Assembly: GCF_001194135.2 (NCBI RefSeq)
Contig: NC_068984.1
Location: 115,454,681 to 115,499,566, forward strand
Source: Octopus bimaculoides
Taxonomy: Eukaryota
Direction of reading: 5' to 3'
Length of the DNA: 44,886 nucleotides
The notes under the pieces were generated by a model that saw only the letters and a list, made by a program, of their open reading frames with translations, was not told the origin of the DNA and did not search any database. Below, piece after piece: positions 22,531 through 32,057 of the stretch; position 1 is the first letter of the stretch; the number at the start of each line of letters is the position of its first letter. Made by a program: the position numbers and the translations under genes.

Positions 22531-22966
22531 GAGCACCATCCAAGCGTGATCATTGCCAGAGCACCAGTTGTCTGGCTTCCATGCCGGTGGCACGTAAATA
22601 GCACCATTTGAGCATGATCATTACCAACGTCGCCTTCCCGGCACTTGTGCCAGTGGCATGTGAAAAGACATTTGAGCGAGTTCGTTGCCAGTACCGCTGG
22701 ACTGGCTCCTGTGCAGGTGGCACGTAAAATACACCATTTCGAGTGTGGCCATTGCCAGTACCTCCTGACTGGCCTTCGTGCCGGTGGCACGTAAAAGCAC
22801 CCACTACACTCTCGGAGTGGTTGGCGTTAGGAAGGGCATCCAGTTGTAGAAACTCTGCCAAATCAGATTGGAGCCTGGTGTAGCCATCTGGTTTCACCAG
22901 TCCTCAGTCAAATCGTCCAACCCATGCTAGCATGGAAAGCGGACGTTAAACGATGATGATGATGAT
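22531..22966 (+). mobile_element. SINE family A, longest copy, four roughly 60-bp internal modules
   Basis: modules begin gagc/gagt...gcca and end gtggcacgtaaaa; the 3' 200 bp are almost identical to 7500-7710. Confidence 0.88.
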
Positions 22967-23068
22967 CACATTATTTAATATCTGTCTCCAGTCACTTTTC
23001 CTTTGTGTTTTTTTTTTATGCAAATCATTAATTATCAAGAGTAAGGGAAAGAAAGGAATCAAACCTAC

Positions 23069-23235
23069 TCAAATATTGCTATAAGGCCATCACTTGGTGA
23101 GGTCTTCCGGCCAGACAACAGAGCTTGCAACCGACTAACACTCTGAGTAGCAGTTGATATAGGTGTGATGTTGGGATCTTTCTCTTTCAGATAGCGCCGT
23201 CCTGTCAAAGGGGTTGGTGGTGCAAGACTTCGTGT
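23069..23235 (-). CDS. RBL1: RBL exon, TRSLAPPTPLTGRRYLKEKDPNITPISTATQSVSRLQALLSGRKTSPSDGLIAIF (start of pocket A)
   Basis: ctgcag| ... GA|gtaggt; 167 nt, phase 0 to 2; TPLTGRRYL and TP(I/V)xxATQSVSRL motifs. Confidence 0.95.
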
Positions 23236-23396
23236 CTGCAGAAGAAAAAATAATGGATTTAACAAGAAAGAACAGTAAATGGAAATGATAATAAATAAGA
23301 TGAAATATCAAATCAAAACCAGTTTAGCCAATGAGCTAATAATACAATCATTGACAAATAACATTTATCCTGCATAAAATAAGGGAGCTTCTACAC

Positions 23397-23627
23397 CAGT
23401 GTTTTTTGACCATTTTGTACCTATGGACCTTTGATTCTTATTTTACTTGGGTGGACCCTCTTAGCCATTCAATCTTTTAAAAAATCCCATTATATTTTTG
23501 GAACTTAATATTTTTAAGAATAGCATTAAAAAAAATTGTCAAGATATTTGGTGTATTGAAGAAGTATATGCAATTTATTGCACATAAATTTTAATAAAAC
23601 AAATCTTATGTGGATTGAGAACCACTG
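23397..23627. mobile_element. hAT (Charlie/Buster-like) MITE
   Basis: cagtgttttttgacc / gattgagaaccactg ends; 8-bp TSD ttctacac / ttttacac; reverse-complement sibling of 31910-33666. Confidence 0.75.
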
Positions 23628-23929
23628 TTTTACACAGTCAATCAACTTGCTAGAATAGCAGCTAAATCTCAAATCATATCCTAGAAACCTCAAAAAAAAA
23701 AAAAAGGGGGGACAGTCAAGGCTAGAATGCTTTTGATCATAGGCTTGCGCAATCATGATAAACCCAAGGCTAAGTAAGCAAAACCCTATCGTTCATCAGT
23801 CAGTAAGGGCACTTGAACATAATCCAACAACCTGCTTAATAGGAAACCAATAAGAGAGCCTCTACATGGCTGCTCAACCACCAGAAATAGCAACCAAAGT
23901 CAGCCTCAAATTACATGCTAATTATCCTA

Positions 23930-24620
23930 ATCATTTTCTCACACTCATTTTTCCACTCTTGCATGGATTGAACAGTTCTTTTCCTTCATAGGATTTCACT
24001 ACTTGCTACTATCCTTTACCATCTCGTTTGTGAAATTCAGTGTCCTAAGATCATTGGACCTCTTACTGCTAACTACTCCTGTGCATTCACTAAATAGAAA
24101 GTCCTTTCTGCACCTCTTGTGTACCATTGGTTGTACAGTAGGTAAACTGTATGGAATCCATAACTATTCTGTTTACACATACTGAGCATGGTCATTCTTC
24201 AGATGACAGTAATCCTTCTTCCTAACTAAACATTTCTCATTTAAGGCCTGTTTATTCTAAGCTTTGCCTCCACATTTGGTATTTCTTTAATTCTTCAACA
24301 GAATCAGTCATGAAGTGTTGGTCATTAGTATACAGAAGATCCTATAGTCAGCTGGTCTTTAAACACTTTCATAAGGCCTGGGAAACTGTAATAAACTGGA
24401 GAGGGTCAAGAGGGAACCTACTTGCATTCTAAATTTCTCGCTGAACTCATTGACCTACTGAAAAGCAACCACCAAACTACAGAGCACAGTACCCTGTCAG
24501 ATCTCATCTCCAGATCAACAAATACTAGGTGTAGTGACTTGCTCTCAGCTTGTCTCCTGAGAAAGAGAGACACAAGTGGTATCCTACCTTGGCACAAACC
24601 CATACCTTAAGTACTAAGCC
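23930..24620 (-). pseudogene. Decayed non-LTR reverse transcriptase fragment (RTE-like)
   Basis: LHLVFVDLEMRSDRV (cf. FVDLEKAFDRV) at 24418-24603 and DLLYTND (cf. LLYADD) near 24325-24345. Confidence 0.7.
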
Positions 24621-25438
24621 TATCACTTAACTGGTTTTTCATACAGTAGTCACCCTTGGGAAAATTTCCAATGCGAATCTAGCAGTCTGATGTTCTATGC
24701 CATTAAGTTTACTATAACATGCAGAATCATTACACCATCCTCTTTCCAAACAATGTTGTTCCAATGCCAACTTCCAGTCATAAAGTTGCTACAAGTTACT
24801 TATACATTCCTTGTTACCACCTTTCTACAGAAATACAATACCTTTGCTTTAATTAATACTTAAAATAACAAAGGATTTAGCAAGATAACTTTGTCATTAT
24901 TACGAAGCTGGTGTTTCAAACATAAATGAGCATGATAAAATTTAGACAGAAGGTTTTAACTTACATAATTTGAAAATAAGCGTTTATATCATAGAATCAG
25001 GAGCTGTTCCAGCAGGCTAGTATCAAAAGAGTTAAATTAGCCTCATTCTCTTCTGAATTTACATTTTTATTATCTTTCTCATTTTGTCATTTTATTCTTT
25101 TAATTATCCATATTCTGAACCCATTCTCATGTTAGATGGTTTTCTAATTTAAGGTTTCAGCCGTTCATTGCTTCATTAAGCAGCAACGAATGGTTCATAA
25201 CATAGCTTTTTCTTTTCTTTTTTTTTTTTGAGGATTGATGTTAGATATCCTTCCAAAAATAGATTCCATGATGCAAGAATGAATGACTCTAGTATCCTTC
25301 CAAAAATAGATTCCATAATGATGCAAGAATCAATGATTCTAGCTTTAACGAAACATCAGTCATAATCAATAATCATTCAATCACTCAAAAAGTTGTCATT
25401 CAAATCCCATAAAATAAATAATTCTTATAAACACTCAC

Positions 25439-25607
25439 TTCATCCAAATGTTGGTGAATACTCCGATCCATTGGAATTCCATCGGAAAAATCCGACTGAT
25501 TTCTAGGAGTTCCAATCTCTTCAGTGGCGTAATTTTCCAAGAATATTGTTTCATCAAAATCTCCTACTCTTAAGACATATTCCCCATAAGCACGGTTGAT
25601 TGCTTTG
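25439..25607 (-). CDS. RBL1: RBL exon, KAINRAYGEYVLRVGDFDETIFLENYATEEIGTP...HQHLDE
   Basis: ttacag| ... GAA|gtgagt; 169 nt, phase 2 to 0. Confidence 0.95.
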
Positions 25608-26149
25608 CTGTAATAAAGGTGGAAAACACATTGAAACAATCTTTCTTGAAGTGGGAAAAAAAAGGCAAGATTTGGGGGGGGGGGTTATTAAGAGATGAAA
25701 TTATGTCATTTTTTTTAAAATTAAAATCTGGAAACAAGAAATCCTCCATAGTATTGCAAAATATATTTTCAACTGAACAAATTATATATTTAGAAATACA
25801 AATGCTTTCCTTCCATGTAAAGGCATCTCACACCCATACCCTTACTTTCCTTTTACCCCCACACTTGTGCCCATTGCCACTCCTTACTTACATATATATA
25901 TGTATGTATGTATGTATATATAAAGGAGACCACTAGGTGGACTTCTAATGTGCTAGAAGAAGATCACATGTAATGTGTCTACTAAGACCGAATTGTTCTC
26001 AAAGGAAATACATATACAATAATCCTTTGAGATGTCAGATATTTTTCTGAATCTCCTTGATTCTTTTAATGTGCTTGTTCCCTGGTATTAAATTGATATT
26101 AATTAATATCCAATTTTTTACCCTAATGTTTTAATTTTATATATATATA

Positions 26150-26690
26150 TTATGTAAGATATGTTAGATGTATGAAAACCATCTAAGGGATAGATGTATC
26201 CAGAGGCACTCCTGGTAATTACGTCTGTATGTATGTATGTATGGTCCTTGTTATATGGTATACAGTAGTGGGTAAATGAAAAGTAAACCGTAGTTTAATG
26301 TATATAAAGACGATAAGAAAACGGAGAAATAAATAACAATGAGAAGTGGATCTTTGGTGTTATAAAGCCGTTATTTAATTAATTAAGTAAGATGGGAGTA
26401 TGATAGAGTAATTTTACAGCTGTTTCCATATATCAGGCTGGAGTAAATATGTATTTACCTCATTGCAATTGATATACATCATCAGAACAAAGATAGCAAA
26501 GATAAGCAAAAGGGGATAGTGAGAAAGAAAGTGTAAAGAAAAAACAGGAAGAAGAAAATGTTCAATAATTTAATAGTCTTACATTTTAGTTAGGTTCAAA
26601 GTTCAGTGAATCCGTTGTATGGTAGATGAGAAGAGAGTTAGTTGAATCTAAGGTCTTGTAATTAGTTATTAACATAGCTTACATGTGTCT
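26150..26690 (-). mobile_element. Penelope-like/retrozyme-like AT-rich unit with a hammerhead motif, flanked by (TA)n
   Basis: TA runs at about 26138-26151 and 26691-26700; contains HHR2; boundaries approximate. Confidence 0.5.
26412..26487 (-). ncRNA. Candidate minimal type I hammerhead ribozyme (HHR2)
   Basis: UU-CUGAUGA-[UGUAUAUCA..UGAUAUAUG helix II]-GAAA-C-AGCU-G-U-A|AA; palindromic ACAGCUGU helix III; predicted cleavage after GUA, between 26415 and 26414. Confidence 0.65.
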
Positions 26691-26698
26691 GTATATAT

Positions 26699-27045
26699 AT
26701 GTGTCTGCGCTTTAAGGACTGTGATATGCAGGACACTGACTGGAAGAACAATGTCTGTCATCGCCACGGATGGAGGAAGCAGGTTAAGGAAGGGATCGAC
26801 ACTTTTGAGAGAGCACGTATCCAGCATGAAGAACTTAAGCGAGCTGCGCGAAAGCACACGGCTCGTATAGTGAATGGGGAAAGCTTAATCTGCAATGTTT
26901 GCAGTCGTGTATGCTTGTCAAGAGCAGGGCTCATTAGCCACCAACGGAGCTGCAAATGCAAAATATAAGTTAGTCCTAGAGCGCACAATGTTCCTGAAGG
27001 TCGGCAATGGTCTTCCTCGGTCACGAGTGGTCGGCCATCATCATA
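26699..27045 (+). mobile_element. 5'-truncated RTE-clade LINE: ORF C-terminus with zinc-finger-like motif, 3' UTR and (CAT)n tail
   Basis: W...R..WRKQVKEG...CNVCSRVCLSRAGLISHQRSC, open to stop at 26968; ends ggccatcatcat. Confidence 0.82.
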
Positions 27046-27134
27046 TATATATAAACACATACATATATGTATATACACTCACGTGTGTGTGTGTGAGTGT
27101 GTATGTATATATATATATATATATATTTATATAC

Positions 27135-27180
<46 letters not shown>

Positions 27181-27353
27181 CATCATTGTTTAACGTCTCA
27201 CACACACACAATGAACTTTCAGTTTCTGTCTATCAAATTTCACATGTCTTTGGTCAGCCCTTCTCAAGTGCTTAAGGTACTGTACAAAGGTACTGACACC
27301 AAAACCATATGCTTGCATCTATAAAACATATAAAACATAAAAATCAAACTTAC

Positions 27354-27418
27354 AAATTAGCTTCAAAGTTTCCAGTGTCCAACACACCAGCTAAGTTACT
27401 TTCGTTGCCCCTTAATAT
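27354..27418 (-). CDS. RBL1: RBL exon, ILRGNESNLAGVLDTGNFEANF (absent from ORF track)
   Basis: ttttccag| ... TT|gtaagt; 65 nt, phase 0 to 2, the phase needed to join its neighbours; resembles p130 LLKGKEENLTGFLEPGNF. Confidence 0.92.
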
Positions 27419-27470
27419 CTGGAAAAGAAAACAAAAACACAATGGAAAAACTTTAAGAATAATTTTTATA

Positions 27471-27858
27471 TTGTTGTTGTTGGCACTCTGTCACTTACAA
27501 TGTCGAGAGTTCCAGTTGATCCGATCAACAGAACAGCCTGCTCGTGAAATTAACGTGCAAATGGCTGAGCACTCCACAGACACGTGTACCCTTAACATAG
27601 TTCTCGGGGATATTCAGCGTGACACAGTGTGACAAGGCTGACCTTTTGAATTACAGGCACAACAGAAACAGGAAGTAAGAGTGAGAGAAAGTTGTGGTGA
27701 AAGAGTACAGCATGGTTCACCACCATCCCCTGCTGGAGCCTCGTGGAGGTTTAGGTGTTTTTGCTCAATAAACACTCACAATGCCCAGTCTGGGAATGAA
27801 AACCACGATCCTATGATCGCGAGATCGCTGCCCTAACCACTGGGCCATTGCGCCTCCA
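27471..27858 (-). mobile_element. SINE family B
   Basis: colinear with 17550-17935; tail ends about 50 nt from the acceptor at 27419. Confidence 0.9.
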
Positions 27859-28193
27859 CAATGACAGCATAAAATTTCATTGCTCCTATGTGAAATTGCT
27901 CTGCTTTATGAGTTTTTTGCTTTACAAGCGATCTTCAGGAACAAATTGACTCATATATCGAGGCATTGGCAAAATATGAACATCACCAAGCATAACCATA
28001 TTAGAAAATGCATTACATATGCATGCATGTGTTTGTTCATGTGCATGTAAATGTGTTCGTGTGGATGAAGACATGTTAATGAGTAGGTGTGCATGTTTGT
28101 ATGAACATCTGTGTGTGCAAACATGTATCTATACAAGTGTGCGTAGACTGGATATTTGGAGAAAAATCAAAAGAAGGAAAACAAGCAGCTTAC

Positions 28194-28381
28194 AGGCTCC
28201 CTGAACATTTGCTTCAAAGGGAGTTTCCTGAAAAGTTCTTTCAAATAGGGCTTCCAGTGATGTTCTTTAATTGTCTTAGCATCCACAACAAGTCCGTTGT
28301 GTTTCTCACAAAGAAGTTTTATGATACACGGAGCTTCAGATGGAGGTTTCCAGTCTTTGTTATGAAAATTCTCAGGAAGTC
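28194..28381 (-). CDS. RBL1: RBL exon, GLPENFHNKDWKPPSEAPCIIKLLCEKHNGLVVDAKTIKEHHWKPYLKELFRKLPLKQMFREP
   Basis: atttag| ... CCT|gtaagc; 188 nt, phase 1 to 0. Confidence 0.92.
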
Positions 28382-29003
28382 CTAAATTATTTAAAACAAA
28401 ACAAGAAAAAAAAAAAGTGACATTCAATTACTTCTGTTTGATTATTATAGGAAATGCTGTACATGAAAGGAACTTACCAGCTTTGCATATTTATTTATTT
28501 TTGATTGTGTGGGGGAAGAGCAAACTTTAATTAGTGTTGTCGCTGAGCCAGTGAATGTTTGACCTACTAGAAATAGCAGCCATCCCCCAAATATGCTCAG
28601 TTGTCTTTGAAAAAAAAAGTAAGGATTGAGGCATTGGATAAATGAAATCCTGGATATACAAAAAAGACAGGATAATCTTATGGGGTTGAATAATCTTTGA
28701 TCACAAACAGAGCTGACCTGGGGTTAAACAACTGCAATGCTAACAACAGCAAACAACTAAATTTTGAGATGAATTATCATCATCATTGTTATTATTATTA
28801 GTATTCTTAAGGTGGCAAACTGGTAGAATCAGCATGCTGGACAAAATGTTTAGCAGCATTTCATCTCACTTTACATACTGAGTTCAAATTCCACTGAAGT
28901 CAACTATGCCTTTCATCCTTTCAGGGTCAATATAATCAAACAGCCCCCTCCCACAGAATTTCAGGCCTTGTGCCTATAGTACAAAAATTATTATTATTAT
29001 TGA

Positions 29004-29545
29004 GTGAGAGAGTAGTGAATGCCATCAAAGTGACACTGGGGTAAAATATACGAAGCCCACTATACCCATCATGACTACCTGTCTGATAAGAGTACACCAG
29101 GCGCATGCATCACAACCATGTGTGCGCGACATGGTGATCTCATATCAAGATAAACAACGCATGACCTTGCAAGTGGGACCCAGTTAGAATTTTCTTCAGG
29201 TCAAGTAGCCCATCCCATTCAAATGGTCCTTAAATAAGGGTTGTTTAAGGAAACATCCATATTTCCAGAGGTGAATTATTCAAACCCCAAAGAATTCCTC
29301 TCAACACATGGCTATGATGCTCCCCCACTACTTCTACTCATGATCAGAGATGCACATATCATCAGCCACCAAGGGACATGCTCAACTGGTTATGGTCAAG
29401 CAACTGACAAGCAAATCTGAGGTATTGAGCAGAATATTTACAGTAGCCCATCTTTTATACCAAAACAAAACAATGGACATGATAACACTTCCAATCAATT
29501 AAGATCAGAAGCCATATGAGCCACTGCCTGGTACTGCACCAGGGC

Positions 29546-29546
<1 letters not shown>
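29004..29546. mobile_element. Unclassified 540-bp element bounded by (TTA)n on both sides
   Basis: complex non-coding sequence between two TTA tracts; no ORF; family not identified. Confidence 0.4.
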
Positions 29547-29585
<39 letters not shown>

Positions 29586-29588
<3 letters not shown>

Positions 29589-29843
29589 TAGTTTTATTTT
29601 TATAACGTGCTTTCACTTCACTACCGAGCGCAGCTCTGTGCGCCTTGGGTATGTGCTGTGGTTTGCTGTGGTGCTCTTATGTTTACTGTATTGAAAGTGT
29701 TTTGCGTAGAATGTGTGCAGTACCCAGTAGTGCAATTTTCTGTATGTTATATATATTTGTAAGTCCTGCTATTTTTGTTATGTATTTGTCTGAATATTTT
29801 TTTATTATACCTAAGGCACCTACTATGATAGGAATTGTTTCTG

Positions 29844-29848
<5 letters not shown>
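29586..29848 (-). mobile_element. 5'-truncated restriction-like-endonuclease retrotransposon (R4/Dong-like) 3' end, embedded in (TAA)n
   Basis: TIPIIVGALGIIKK...IQKIALLGTAHILRKTL* (stop at 29683-29685), then about 100 nt of UTR; TAA tracts at 29548-29585 and 29848-29878. Confidence 0.75.
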
Positions 29849-29878
<30 letters not shown>

Positions 29879-30859
29879 GGCAGAATTTTTAGCATGTTGG
29901 ACAAATTGCTTGGTTGCATTTCTTCTGGCTTGATACATTCTGAGTTCAAACACAGCCAAGATTATCTTTGCTTTTCATGCTTTTGGCAACAAAATAAAGT
30001 GCCAGTCAAATACTGGGGTGACAGTAATAGACTTGCCCCTTTCCCTCGAAATTACTGACTGTGTGCCAAAATTTGAATGTATTATTATAACTGTAGGAAA
30101 AAAAAAAAAAAACATGTCTTCTTAAATATTTTCTTAAGGAACTCCTTTCAGAACATTCTGGGTTGTCATTTTCAGACATCTTAAACAATCTTATTGTGTT
30201 TTACATACAATCAAAAATGGCTTTCTCTCAGAAAATTCAAATGAATGCGAGAGCACAGAAAAGAAACACAAAAGAGAGAAAGAAATTTAACTACAAAAGA
30301 CATAAAAAGTCCACAGAGGAAAAATTACTCTTTATCAGATAGCAGTGACTAATGTCACTTATCTGTTAAAGAGTCATCTCAAACATCTGCAGCATTATAA
30401 GAAACAAAAACAACAATGCATACATGCACACACACATTTTGCCAAATGAAGAAACAGTGAAAAGATATTGATTTCTTTTTCACCACCACCACCACCAACA
30501 AAGATACTGAACATGAACCACCTGGCCAAGAAAAATAAACTATGTATGGTAGTTATTTTTTTTAACTAAGAAAAGTACATCATTGCCAGAATTCTTTGCC
30601 CACAAGCAACAGACACAAGAGGAAAGTTGTCTATTTCTAGAATGCCAAAATACAGCACAGGTTTCTTCATGCCCTCAATAGAACAATTGTAGGTGGTTAA
30701 TGTGTAGTGTAAAAGAAACAAAATACTAAGATACATATGTTTGTGTATACTACAAACCTAATATTACAAAATGGCAAAAAGAATTACCTTTTTGGTGGGG
30801 AAACTAAAAATGAAAGGACCTTAGAAAATGCTTTAATGTAATTAAAACTATCAGTCAGT

Positions 30860-31088
30860 TTAACTATTTAGCATTCACATTATTCTGTGAAATGTAATGC
30901 TTATTTATTTACATTGTTTTGAATTAATCATGCATTCCCTTGTAGCTTTGAGATTTCAATGCTGTAATTATTTAATATCTAGAATGACATTATAGGATAG
31001 ATGGCAGAGGCCAGATCTGGCCAGTTTGAACATAAAACAGGTAGAATATTTTGGCTGGATATTGCCTGTTTGAATGCTAAAGAGTTAA
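30860..31088. mobile_element. piggyBac-like MITE, family D
   Basis: TTAA ends, colinear with 2309-2537. Confidence 0.78.
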
Positions 31089-31162
31089 GGCTTATGGAAC
31101 CATATGGCTAGTTTTTAAAAGAAAGGAAGCAAAGAAATCCAAATCAGTGCATGCATATATTA

Positions 31163-31541
31163 AGTTGGCACTCTGTCGCTTACGATGACGAGGGTTCCAG
31201 TTGATCCGATCAACGGAACAGCCTGCTCGTGAAATTAACGTGCAAGTGGCTGAGCAATCCACAGACACCTGTACCCTTAACGTAGTTCTCGGGGATATTC
31301 AGCGTGACACAGTGTGACAAGGCTGACCCTTTGAAATACAGGCACAACAGAAACAGGAAGTAAGAGTGAGAGAAAGTTATGGTGACAGAGTACAGCAGGG
31401 TTCGCCACCATCCCCTGCCGGAGCCTTGTGGAGCTTTAGGTGTTTTCGCTCAATAAACACTCACAACGCCCGGTTTGTGAATCGAAACCGCGATCCTATG
31501 ACCACGAGTCCGCTACCCTAACCATTGGGCCACTGCGCCTC
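31163..31541 (-). mobile_element. SINE family B
   Basis: colinear with 17550-17935; TSD tgcatgcatatat at 31148-31160 and 31542-31554. Confidence 0.9.
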
Positions 31542-32057
31542 TGCATGCATATATATATATCTGGATTAACACAATATGAGGCCTACAGCCAAAGATATCA
31601 GATATGACTAAACCTTGCTTGCTGTTACACTTTTGCAGCACAATACAAACAGGTGATGCATGCCAAGGAAATGACATATAGTCAGGTGGCATCTCAATGC
31701 ATATACAACCCCTGAATAATAACAAAGAAATACACCAGAACTGTGCCATATCAAATATATGAAATGAAGCACCATAAGACTGGTGTGCTGGCCAGAAAGC
31801 TTAGTTACTATACATATGACAGGATTGTTTGAAGGCTCTCAGCCCTGAAGAACTCAAAAAGTGGAGAAAGGGAGAACAACAGAGCCAGCAGCAACAAGAG
31901 AATCTAGAGCAGGGGTTCTCAACCGGGGTCCATGTGGCCCTTGAGGGTCCATATAAAACTTTCTTGTTAAAATTTATGTACAACAAATTGCTTATACTTC
32001 TACAATACACAAAATATTTCAACATTTTTTTATACAATTCTTAATAATATTTAATTA

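Noticed and set aside
7432-22897. Recurrent ORF MKPDGYTRLQSDLAEFLQLDALPNANHSESVVGAF (7432, 12176, 16423, 22550) as a small gene family
   Set aside because: It is the antisense reading of SINE-A; the copies diverge and frameshift downstream, and the start is a TTG/GTG-type artefact of the ORF caller.
28472-28480. Strong donor-like CTG|GTAAGT on minus
   Set aside because: No acceptor or open exon upstream, and exons 34942 and 28381 already join in phase.
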